From Squalus acanthias (Eukaryota): a DNA stretch of 64,000 bases. This document shows positions 36,331 through 47,985 of the stretch, piece after piece. A program made the position numbers and the translations under genes. How positions within the stretch are numbered: position 1 is the first letter of the stretch; every line of letters begins with the position of its first letter. The notes under the pieces are model-generated. The model saw nothing but the letters and a program-made list of their open reading frames with translations, was not told where the DNA came from and made no database searches. The stretch is from the NCBI GenBank assembly GCA_030390025.1, contig CM059425.1, positions 176,516,001 to 176,580,000 of the forward strand, given 5' to 3'.

Positions 36331-36783
36331 CATTCATGCCATTTAGCACAATTCTGAACCAACCTGATTTCAATTTGGAGTCAATTTTAACCCTACCCAC
36401 ACGACGGAAATTGGGCGGATCAGCTGTTAAAAACTAACAGGTTGTCTGCTTGCTCACTGGCGACATGCAGAGGAGGGCCGGGAGTCAAAATACCCCAGGC
36501 CTCAAACTCAGGCCAGCAATTGCAAAAGCCAAGGCTGAAGCATTCGCAACCATGTTCAACCAGAAGGGCCGAGTGGATGACCCACCTCGGCCTCCTCCTG
36601 AGGTCCCCACCATCAAAGATTCCAGTCATCAGCCAATTTGATTCACTCCACGTGATATCAAGAAACAGCTGAGCGCACTGGATACAGCAAAGGCTTAGGG
36701 CCGCGACAACATCCCGGCTGTATTGCTGAAGACTTGTGTTCCAGAACTAGCCGCGCCTCTAGCCAAGCTGTTCCAGTACAGCT

Positions 36784-37333
36784 CTTCTTCTTAGGCAGTC
36801 CCTCGGGAACCGAGGATGACTTGCTTCCACAATAAAAATGAGTTCTCAGGTGACTGATGAGTCCAATGTGGGACCTACAGTCTCTGTCACAGGTGGGGTA
36901 GACGGCGGTTGACGGGGCGGGTGGGTGGGGTGCTTGGGTTGACGTGCACTCCTTCCGCTGTATGCGCTTGGCTTCCGCTTGCTCCCGGCGCCTTCCCGGA
37001 TGCTTCTCCTCCACTTTGTGCGGACTTGGGCCAGGGATTCCCAGGTGTCGGTGGGGGTGTTGCACTTTTTCAAAGAGGCTTTGAGGGTGTCCTTGAAGCA
37101 TTTCCTCTGCCCGCCTGGGGCTCTCTTGCCATGTTGGAGCTCCGAGTAGAGCGCTTGTTTTGGGAGTCTCGTATCGGGCATGCGGACGATGTGGCCCGTC
37201 CATCGGAGCTGATCGAGCGTGGTCAAAGCTTCAATGCTGGGGATGTTGGCCTAAGCGAGAACACTGACGTTGGTGCGCCTATCCTGGCAGTGGATTTGCA
37301 GGATCTTGCGGAGGCAGCGTTGGTGGTACCTCT
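36784..37333 (-). mobile_element. RTE-clade LINE 3' fragment
   Basis: QLRWTGHIVRMPDTRLPKQALYSEL...GGQRKCFKDTLK; degenerate C2H2 finger (TCDRDCRSHIGLISHLRTH); (AAG)n tail. Confidence 0.88.
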
Positions 37334-37794
37334 CCGCTGGCATCTACCTGACAATGTGAAAAACTGCCCAGGTATGTCCTCTCCACAAAAAGCAGGACAA
37401 ATCCAATCTGGCTAATTACCGCCCCATCAGTCTACTCTCAATCGTCAGCAAAGTTGAGAGGTGTCATCAGCAGTGCTATCAAGAGGCACTTAATCACCAA
37501 TCACCTGCTAACCGATGCCCAGTTTGGGTTCCGCCAAGATCACTTGGCCTAGAGCTCATCACAGCCTTGGTCCAAACATGGACAAAAGTGCTGAATTCCA
37601 GAGGTGAGGTGAGAGTGACTGCCCTTGATCAGGGGAAAAACTCTCCACTGGATGGAGTCATACCTAGCCCAAAGGAAGATGATTGTGGTTATTGGAGGCC
37701 AATCATCTCAGCCCCAGAACATCACTGCAGGAGTTCCTCAGGGCAGTGTACTAAGCCCAACCATCTTCAGCTGTTTCACCAATGACCTTCCCTC

Positions 37795-40255
37795 TAAGAA
37801 CATAAGAAATAGGAGCAGGAGTAGGCCATTCGGCCCTTCGAGCCTGTTCCGCCATTCAATGAGATCATGGCTGATCTTATGCCTCAACTCCATTCACTGG
37901 CCCTATCGCCATATCCCTTGATGCCCTTACTAGTCAGAAATCTATCAACTTCTGTTTTGAATATACCCAATGACTGAGCCTCCACAGCCCTATGGGATAG
38001 AGAATTCCAAAGATTCACCACCCTCTGTGTGAAGACATTTCTTCTCATCTCAGTCCTGAATGGCCTACCCTTTATCCTGAGGCTGTGGCCCCTGGTTCTA
38101 GACTCCCCAGCCAAGGGAAACATTCTCCCAGCATCCACCCTATCAAGCCCTGTAATAATTTTGTATGCTTCAATGAGATCCCCTCTCATTCTTCTGAATT
38201 CAAGAGAATACAGACCTAGTTTACTCAATCTCTTCTCATACGACAGTCCCGCCATCCCAGGAATCAATCTCGTGAACCTTCGTTGCACTCCCTCTATGGC
38301 AAGTATATCCTTCCTTAGGTAAGGAGACCAAAATTGTACATCGTACTCCAGGTGTGGTCTCCCCAAGGACCTATATAATTGGAGTAAGACTTCTTTACTC
38401 CTGTACTCAAATCCTCTTGAAATGAAGGCCAGCATACCATTTGCCTTCCTAATGGCTTGCTACACCTGCACATTCACTTTCAGTGACTCATGTACAAGGA
38501 CACCCAGGACCCTTTGAGCATCTGCATTCCCCAATCTTTCACCATTTAGGAAATACTCTGCGTTTCTGTTTTTTCTACCAAAGTGGATAACTTCACATGT
38601 ATCCACATTATATTCCATCTGCCATGTTCTCACCCACTCACTGAGCCTGTCGAGATCCCCTTGAAGCCTCTTCACACCCTCTTCACAACTGACATTGCCA
38701 CCTAGCTTTGTATCATCAGCAAATTTGGAAATGTTACATTTAGTCCTCTCATCCAAATCATTGATATAGATTGTGAATAGCCGGGGCCGATCCTTGCGGT
38801 ACCCCACTAGTCACAGCCTGCCATCCTGAAAAAGACCCGTTTATCCCTACTCTTTGTTTTCTGTCTGTTAACCAATTCTCAATCCATGCTAGTATATTAC
38901 CCCCAATTCCATGTGCCCTAATTTTGTTCACCAACCTCTTGTGTGGGACCTTATCGAAGGCCTTCTGAAAATCCAAATACACCACATCTACCGGTTCCCC
39001 TTTGTCTATTCCACTAGTTTTATCCTCAAAGAACTCCAATAGGATTTCCCTTTCATAAATCCATGTTGACTCTGCCCAATCTTACTATTAGTTTCTAAGT
39101 GCCCAGTTATTGCATCCTTTATAATAGATTCCAGCATTTTCCCAACTACTGATGTGAGGCTAACAGGTCTGTAGTTCCCCATTTTCTCTCTCCCTCCTTT
39201 CTTAAATAGCGGGGTTACATTTGCTATCCTCCAATCTGCAGGAACCGTTCTAGAATCTATAGAATTTTGGAAGATGACAACCAATGCGTCCACTATCCCA
39301 ATGGCCACCTCTTTCAAAACCCTAGGATGTAGGTCATCCGGTCCTTGGGATTTATCGACTTTTAGTCCCATTAATTTTGCTAGTACTGTTTTTTTACTAA
39401 TAATAATTTCTTTAAGTTCCTCATTCTCGCCACACCCGTGGTTTTCTCGTATTTCTGGGAGGTTTTTTGTGTCTTCCTCCGTGACGACAGAAACAAAGTA
39501 TTTATTTAATTTCTCTGCCATTTCCTCATTCCCCATTATAAATTCTCCCGTCTCTGACTGTAAAGGACCTACATTTAGCTTCGCCAGTCTTTTCCTTTTC
39601 ACATACCTATAGAAGCTTTTACAGTCCGTTTTTATATTTTTCGCTAGTTTGTGCTCATATTCCATTTTCCCTTTCTTTATCAATTTCTTGGTCCCCCTTT
39701 GCTGATTTCTAAAAAGATCCCAATCCTCAGGCTGACCGCTTTTTCTGGCAACTTTATAAGCTTCCTCCTTTGACTTAATACTAGCTTTAATTTCTTTTGT
39801 TAGCCATGGTTGGATCACTTTTCCTTTTGGGTTTTTATGCCCTAGAGGAACATATGTTTGTTCCAAATTATGCATTATTTCCTTGAATGTTAGCCATTGT
39901 ATGTCCACCTTCATACCTTTTAGTGTAGTCTCCCAATCTACCATGGCTAACTTGTCTCTCATACCTTTGTAGTTTCCTTTGTTTAGATTGAAGACCTTAG
40001 TTTCAGATTGGACTACATCACTCTCAAACGTAATGTAAAATTCAATCATATTATGGTCACTTGTCCCTAAAGGCCCCTTTACCACAAGATTATTGATTAG
40101 CCCTTTCTCATTACACAGTACCAGATCCAGAATAGCCTGTTACCTGGTTGGTTCCTCCACATACTGATCCAGGAAACCATTTTGCATGCATTCCAAGAAT
40201 TCGTCCTCCACACCATTAGTGGTAATTTGATTTGCCCAGTCAATATGTAGATTAA
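37795..40255 (-). mobile_element. CR1 ORF2 (APE end to RT) and tail, frameshifted
   Basis: LGTSDHN, DKSQGPDDLHPRVL, FADDTK, FTQRVVNLWNSL; (AAGAACAT) tail. Confidence 0.95.
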
Positions 40256-42004
40256 GGTCAGAAGTGGGGATGTTTGGTGATGATTGCAGAGTGTTTAGTA
40301 CCATTCATAATTCCTCAGATAATGAAGCAGATCGTGCTCACATGCAGCAAGATCTGGGCAACATCCAGGCTTGGGCTGATAAGTGGCAAGTAACATTCAC
40401 GCTACACAAGTGCCAGGCAATGATTATCTCCAACAAGAGAGAGTCTAACCACCGCCCCATGACATTCAATGGCAATACCATCGTTGAATCCCCCACCATC
40501 AACATCCTGAGGGTCACCATTGACTAGAAACTTAACTGGACCAGCCACATAAATACTGTGGCTACAAGAGCAGGTCAGAGGCTGGGTATTCTGTGGCAAG
40601 TGACTCACCTCCTAACTCCCCAAAGCCTTTCCACCATCTACAAGGCACAAGTCAGGAGTGTGATGGAACACTCTCCACTTGCCTGGATGAGTGCAGCTCC
40701 AACAACACTCAAGAAACTCAACACCATCCTGGACAAAGCAGCCCGCTTGATCAGCACCCCATCCACCACCTTAAACATTCACTCCCTCTACCACCGAGAA
40801 GGACAAGGGCAGCAGGCGCATGGGAACACCACCACCTCCAAGTTCCCCTCCGAGTCACACACCATCCTGACTTGGAAATATATCACAGTTCCTTCATTGT
40901 CACTGGGTCAAAATCTTAGACCTCCCTACCTAACAGCACTGTGGGAGTACCTTCATCACATGGACTGCAGCAATTCAAGAAAGAGGCTCACCACCACCTT
41001 CTCAATGGCAATTAGGGATGGCAATAAATGCTGGCCTTGCCGGCGATACCCACATCCCGTGAATGAATAAAAAGAAATTGCATTTTGACTCGCCCACTTG
41101 AAACCTGCTCGGGGTTAAAATTGAGCTACGTTTAAGAGCTCACACATCACATGCTTGCACCTAGAGGAAGCACAGTGATAGGAAACACAGTACGGTTGTA
41201 CTAATGTCATTGCCCAGGATTTCCTGCATGGCTATAGCACTGGCAGAAATGTGGTGGGTGAGACCTTAAGCTGCCTCACATATTCAGCACCAACTCCAGC
41301 GGATTGTCTAGACTCAGCTAATTTAAACAGCGGTGGGCAGGCTCCCAGCAGGAGTCCTGCCATCAATTGGGTGTTAGCGACGGAGAGGTGGAAAAACTAG
41401 AACTGCTGCAAGAAATAAAATCTGGCAACGGCTTAAAGGGCCAGGCAGCAGCAGCAGCAGATTCGTGCACTTGAAGACAGAAAGACCAACATGCAGGTGC
41501 CATGTGTCGACTTTCTCAGATCAGAAGCCTCTAGGACATCATGCAGGAGTTTGAGTGCACGGGAGAAACACAACAAAATTAGTGGAACAGTGGAAGTAGA
41601 ATAGGCTGTAAATGCTGCCTCCATCGACCACAGAACAGCTGCACTATGCCACAAGACTTTTAGCGCAGGGATGACGAGATGAGTCACCCACAGCTTGGAA
41701 CAATGCACTGTACTGCCATGTATGTCAGCTGCTCACAGCTTGCCCTCACTGTGTTCAAGGGCTTCATCACAGGACTATTTTAGTGTGCACCCCTGTCCAC
41801 AGCCAACCTTTACATGCCCATCCGTCATCTCCAAATCTTTCCGCACAATCTTTCATGCATGCTCCACCTCGATAGCCTCATTCAGGATGCCATAGTTGGG
41901 TTTGAGCATCTGCCATAATCCTTTCATGCTCTGCCTGTTAGCACCTGGATTCCACTGCATATGCTGTCAAACAAATGCCTTTCATACTGTCTTCTTCATT
42001 CTTA

Positions 42005-43183
42005 CATACATCCTTCTCCAACGCCTCTCCACCATCGTCCAGCTGGGTGGGGCTGCACTCGCCTGGTTCCATTCTTATCTGTCTAATCGTAACCCGAGAA
42101 TCACCTGCAACGGCTTCTCTTCCAGCTCCCGCATCGTTACCTCTGGTGTCCTCCGAGGATTTATCCTTGGCCCCCTCCTATTTCTCATCTACATGTTGCC
42201 CCTTGGCGACATCATCCGAAAACACAGCGTCAGTTTCCACATGTACGCTAATGACACCCACCTCACTACCTCTTCTCTTAACCCCTCCACGGTGTCTAAA
42301 TTGTCAGACTGCTTGTCCGACATACAGTGCTGGATGAGCAAAAATTTTCTCCAATTAAATATTGGGAAGACCGAAGCCATTGTTTTCGGCCCCCGCCACG
42401 TTCCCTAGCCACTGACTCCATCCCTCTCCCTAACATCTGTCTGAGGCTGAACCACACTGTTCGCAACCTTGGTGTCATATTTGACCCTGAAATGAGCTTC
42501 CAACCACATATCTGCAGCATAACTAAGACCGCTTACTTCCACCACTGTAACATCACCCGTCTCTGCCCTTGCCTCAGCTCATCCGTTGCTGAAACCCTCA
42601 TCCATGCCTTTGTTACCTCTAGACTTGACTATTCCAACGCACTCCTGGCTGGCCTCCCACATTCCACCCTACGTAAACTTGAGGTCATCCAAAACTCGGC
42701 TGCCTGTGTCCTAACTTGCACCAAGTCCTGTTCACCCAGCTCCCCTGTGCTCGCTGACCTACATTGGCGCCCGGTTAAGCAGCGCCTCGATTTCAAAATT
42801 CTCATCCTTGTTTTCAAATCCCTCCATGGCCTCACCCCTTCCTATCTTTGTAATCTCCTCCAGCCCCACAACCCCCCGAGATATCTGCGCTCCTCTAATT
42901 CTGCCCTCTTGAGCATCCCTGATTATAATCGCTCAACCATTGGTGGCCGTGCCTTCTGTTGCCCAGGCCCTAAGCTCTGGAATTCCCTGCCTAAACCTCT
43001 CCGCCTCGCTACCTCTCTTTCCTCCTTTAAGATGCTCCTTAAAACCTACCTCTTTGACCAAGCTTTTGGTTACCTGCCCTAATTTATCCTTATGTGGCTC
43101 GGTGTCAAATTTTTTGTCTTAAAATACTCCTGTGCAGCGTCTTGTTAAAGGCGCTATATAAATACAAGTTGTTGTTGTTGTTG
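42005..43183 (+). mobile_element. L2 LINE 3' part
   Basis: LAWFHSYLSNR, ILGPLLFLIYM, HAFVTSRLDYSNALL, LHWRPVKQR; tail GGCGCTATATAAATACAAG(TTG)n. Confidence 0.93.
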
Positions 43184-43660
43184 TCTGTATTCTTCTTAAA
43201 GGAGAAAAAACACCCATAAAATAAGGGACAAATAAGCCAATCTCAGGCCTCTGATCGCCCTATATGAAGGAAGCTCTCCAAATCCTGGGGAAGCCCACAG
43301 TAGAGGAAGTCAGTGACGGAGAAATGGGAGGGCATATGCCAGCTGTATGTTTTTCCTGATATCCTATAGCTATTCCATCCACTGCTGCAGAAGAACACCT
43401 AACCTTCCTGCAAGTAAACTTATGTTACTTCTTTTTTTCTGAAAGTAGTAAGAGAACTCTGCTTCTTTACCATCCATTCTAACCTCTCTTCCTCTTCTCA
43501 TCTTCTAGTGAAACACAACAAGCAGAAGCAGAGAAGGAGGAAAAATGTCTGCCAGGCCCCTCTGCTTCAGTCCTTGCTCGCACAGCATCACTCACACCAT
43601 CATTCACTCTCTACCTGCCAAGCAACACTGCAGGGACATGTGCCTGGGGACAGTGGATAG

Positions 43661-44024
43661 TTTTTTTTTTATTCGTTTATGGGATGTGGGCCTCGCTGGC
43701 AGGGCCAGCATTTATTGCCCATCCCTAATTGCCCTTGAGAAGGTGGTGGTGAGCCGCCTTCTTGAACCGCTGCAGTCCGTGTGGTGAAGGTACTCCCACA
43801 GTGCTGTTAGGGAGGGAGTTCCAGGATTTTGACCCAGCGTCGATGAAGGATCGGCGATATACTTCTAAGTCAGGCTGGTGTGTGACTTGGAGGGGAACTT
43901 GGAGGTGGTGGTGTTCCCATGCGCCTGCTGCCCTTGTCCTTCTAGGTGGAAGAGGTCGTGGGTTTGGGAGGTGCTGCCGAAGAAGCCTTGGCGAGTTGCT
44001 GCAGTGCATCTTGTAGATAGTAAA
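43661..44024 (-). mobile_element. 3' fragment of the same LINE family as 36520-41075
   Basis: Reverse complement resembles 40797-41075; poly-T at 43662-43670. Confidence 0.88.
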
Positions 44025-44329
44025 CATAAGGAGAACACACAGGGTAAAGCAATGAACATAAGTGGGCAGGAGGAGTGATGGGGGGCGGGGGTGGGGTGGT
44101 GGGCGGTGGAAAATGAGGAGTCTCCCAGAATGTGTAGCACTTGTCAGGCTAATGGGAAGAGTTTGTGGCTAGCATGTGCCACACCATCAAGGATGGCTTC
44201 ATAGCCACTGCAGACTAGCCTGGAGCATGTAGCAGTTTCGAGCAGAACTGTAGTGGACACCATCACCACAGAGATCCATGTAGTAGGCCAAGCTCCCTCC
44301 CTGGCTGCTCAGGCTACTGCTAGACACTT

Positions 44330-45556
44330 TTCTCCAGTTTCTCCACCCATATTTCCAACTGTGCCTTTCTCTAGTTTGTCTCCTAGCTCCTCTCATGCAC
44401 TGTCCAAGCTCATTTTGTCCATGAAACCCATATCCTCCCTTGATCCCATTCCCACTAAACAGCTGCCCACCCAACTTCCCTTCCTGGTCTAGCTGAAATT
44501 GTAAATGATTGCCTCTTCTCTGGTACTGTCCCCCTTCCTTTCAAAACCACCATCAACCCCTCCTCAAAAACTCACTGTCAACCTCTCTGTCCTTGCAAAC
44601 TAGTGCCCCATCTCCAACCTCCCTTTCCTCTCCAAAGTCCTTGAATCTGTTGTCACCTCTCAAATCCGTGCCCACCTTTCCCGCAACTCCACGTTTGAAT
44701 CTCTCCAATCAAGTTTCTGTCCCTGCCACAGCACTTAAACAACCCTAATCAGTCACATATGGCATTCTTTGTGACTGTGGGGCACTATTCCCCTTCGTCC
44801 TCCTCGACCTCTCTGCAGCCTTTGACACAGTTGACCACATCATCCTCCTCCAATGCCTCTCCTCTTGTCCAGCTCAATGGGATTGCTTTCACTTGGTTCC
44901 ACTCTTACCTATCCAATCATAGTCCAAGCATCTCCAGCAATATCTTCTCTTCTCACTCCTGCATTGTTATTTCTGAAGTCTCCCAAAGATCTATCCTTGG
45001 TTCCCTCCTCTCCCTCATCTATATGCTGCGCGTTGGAGACATCATCCGAGGACATGGGGTCAGCTTCCCCATGTATGCTAATGATATCCAGCTGTACCCC
45101 TCCACCACCTCTCTCAACCCCACCCCCTCTCTCTGTGTTGTCAGACTGCTTGATTGACATCTCATCTTAGATGAACCTCAATTTCCTCCAGTTAAATATT
45201 TAGAAGACTGAAGCCTTCATCTTCAGCCCCTGCCACAAACTCCATAGCCTTGCAACCGAACTCTGCATTACTCTAACTCTGTCCTCTTGTGTATCATCCC
45301 TCCCTTCACCCCACCATTGGCAGCTGTGCCTTCCGCCATCTAAACCATACGCTCTTGAATTCCCTCCCTAAACCTTTCCGCCTCTCGACCTCCCTCTCCT
45401 CCTTTTAGACACTCCTTAAAACCTAACTCTCACCTCCTAATATCTTTTGCTTTGGCTCGGCATCCATATTTGTCTGATTATGCCTCTGTGAAGCACCTTG
45501 AGATATTTTTCTACATTGAAGGCACTGTATAAATGGAAATTGAGGTTGTTGTTGTT
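44330..45556 (+). mobile_element. Older L2 LINE fragment
   Basis: LDPIPTK, LDLSAAFDTVDH, WFHSYLS, YANDIQLY; L2 tail. Confidence 0.85.
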
Positions 45557-47413
45557 GAGGGACCAATTGCAGAGTATTGTGTCATTGAATTTTCAAACAC
45601 GGGGGCGGGGCTGCAGGCACAGAATTTCAAGCAACTGCTAGGTACCATTCTGTCTGTGTACACAGTGTCACAGGTGGGTAAATGGAGTTGAGATACAAAT
45701 CAGCTATGAACTAATTGAATGGACGAACAGGCTCAAGGGGCTGAATGGCCTATGTCGCAATGGTGACAATCTGCAATTATTTGCAATTATAGTGCGGCTT
45801 GTAAATAAATGTTAGGTTTGGACGTGCTTAGTACGAAATGTAATGAGTGGAAGATTCATGTTTTGTTTGGCCTACCAATTTTTGGGAATGGGCAAGGGGA
45901 TAATGTTGGCACGACTGCTCATACATTGATGTGATTCTCAAGAGAAGGTTTCTTGAATTAGCTGGTTCCAAATGTTATGTTCTTTTGTTCTTTTGTTTCT
46001 TGCCACTGGCACTGGCTTCTCTTGGATGCATCTTCTTGCTGCTTCTGGCCACCTTCAGCCCCCGGCCTTTTGGGCACCTTCCTCCTCTCTGGCTTCCATG
46101 AGGAGACCTCTTTGAAAAAAGGTTGGGTAGCATGCAGCACACCACCACTATTCTTGAGATATGAGCCGGACTGTTTTGCAGAGCCACCCTAAATCAACCT
46201 AGACACTTGTAGCATGCCTTCTACATTCCATAACTCTGATGGCAGAGTGGATCTCATTGTTCTGCTTGTGTCCTAAGGGGCACACAGGTGTCATCAGTGA
46301 AGGCACCAGGATCTAGCCAGCCTTTCTGCTTGAAACAATAGTGACGCCGTGAATTGCCTTAATATGAAAGCACTGTGGCAGCTGTCAGGAAAACAAGCAC
46401 TGATATGCATGCTGCAGTGTTGGTAATTACAGCTGAGCTGGACATTGCGGGAATCTTTCCTGGTCACGTAAGCAACCGGAGAAAATCCTGTTAAAATTAC
46501 ACACCCATATCATTCTGATACAGGGAAGCTGACAAACAGCTTGCTCAAGCAAACAAAGCATCAGTGGCCTGCCGAATGCATCTGTACAGTCAATTGAGAA
46601 ACATTGGAAATTGCCCCAAAACAGCCTGAAATTAGTCTATGGCACAAAAATTTAGTGTGGTGATTACCTGTTGAAAGTTGAATTTGTATTTTGATTGATC
46701 AAAGGAGGTCAAACTCCAGGGAATCGGGATTAGAAATTTGAGGAAGGATATTGACATTTTAATTTCTTTTGTTTGAAAGTTTGTGATGGGTGAGTTATTC
46801 ATGTTTAATTCCATTTATTTGGGTCCGATCAATGAAACCTGTTTAGTAATTTTATTATACTCTTCATTCCTTTAATTCATTATATTGTGCGAATAACAAA
46901 TATGACTGTTATTTGTAGTTGGATCTGAAGTATTTTTAAATGTATATTTGCTATATAATTTTTTCTTTATTAATGCAAGACCTATCAAATACCTATGGTT
47001 AAGAATAAATCTTTTCTTCAAGACTGGGATATTGGCTTTGAGAAAAATAATATCCACGGTTGTGATTGATATATGGAAAGATAATGCCAAGAATCGGGAT
47101 TGGAACCTGTGAGGATTCGTTCACTGTTGAATTTACAATATGGATATTTGACTTTAAATACTGAAATGTGGAGAAACATAAAACAGTTGTTTCTGTCAGA
47201 ATGGTCATGCATTAATTATTGGATGACTGGTTATGTTGACAACCTCCAATTATTATGATTTGCTGTTAAAGTGATCATGTTGATTTTTCATGCATCATTT
47301 AGAATAGACCTGACTTTAATGATTGCTGTTAACTTGGGGCAAAAACAAATTGTTTCTGGAAAATATTCAGCAAATACTAAAACTACCAACTCTGTTCTTT
47401 CCCCTCATTTTAG

Positions 47414-47701
47414 ACTCAAAACATTATGTACGACATGATCTCAGACCTAAATGAAAGAGGTGAAGATCTTGAGAAAAGGATTGTAACATTGGAAAATAAA
47501 TTAGAGACATTAATAGGGAGTATCCAAGCTCTACCTGGACTGATTAGTCAGACAATCAGCCATCAGCAGAGGGAATTTCTTGAAGCTCAGATACAACACC
47601 ATGACAAACAAATTACCTACAGTGCTGAGCGGTCGCGGTCATCAACCAGAAGGAGAAGGTCCTCCTCGACAGCTCCACCAACTTCATCGGAAAGTAGCTA
47701 G
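47414..47701 (+). CDS. KCNN2: SK2 channel last coding exon
   Basis: ctcattttag acceptor; [48 protein letters not shown]...[17 protein letters not shown], characteristic of SK2 rather than SK1 or SK3. Confidence 0.98.
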   Translation, partial: TQNIMYDMISDLNERGEDLEKRIVTLENKLETLIGSIQALPGLISQTISHQQREFLEAQIQHHDKQITYSAERSRSSTRRRRSSSTAPPTSSESS

Positions 47702-47979
47702 AAGTGAACATTTTAACCACAAGAAAGAACTTTTTTTTGCCATCATATGGTTGATATTTTAGCTTTTATTGTAAAGCCCTAACAATACTAAACAGTGTTA
47801 TCCGGGTTCTGATGTCAGAATTCAGGGAACCTGAAAAAATATTTTAGGCCAAAAGGAGTGAGTGCTCTCCTTCAGATGCACAGTGAATGCACCTAACCTG
47901 CTGCATAGATTGTTTCTTCTGTACAATTCACTTGACTTTTTACTCACGCACTTCAACTGACTTTACTAATATATAATAT

Positions 47980-47985
47980 AATAAA
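47980..47985 (+). terminator. Candidate proximal polyadenylation signal of KCNN2
   Basis: AATAAA about 280 nt after the stop, followed by U/GU-rich TTTCTGTTTGGTCGGTTT. Confidence 0.65.

Larger units (their letters stand above)
36520..41075 (+). mobile_element. LINE of a second CR1-group family, in three pieces (36520-36783, 37335-37794, 40256-41075)
   Basis: NYRPISLLS, AGVPQGSVLSP, MFGDD, YKAQVRSVMEHSPLAW; tail ATCCCGTGAATGAATAAAAA. Confidence 0.85.
36377..41127. mobile_element. MITE split apart by nested LINEs
   Basis: Perfect 13-bp inverted core TCAATTTTAACCC (36381-36393) / GGGTTAAAATTGA (41112-41124). Confidence 0.55.
41210..46506. mobile_element. Highly decayed Harbinger relic (Myb remnant on +, transposase remnant on -), interrupted by LINEs
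   Basis: AVNAASIDHRTAALCHKTF near 41605-41660; ALQNSPAHISRIVVVCCMLPN near 46120-46187 on minus; TTAAAATTACACACCC at 46491-46506. Confidence 0.5.

Noticed and set aside
47414..47701. KCNN1 or KCNN3 assignment
   Set aside because: The C-terminus [17 protein letters not shown] and [12 protein letters not shown] are SK2-type
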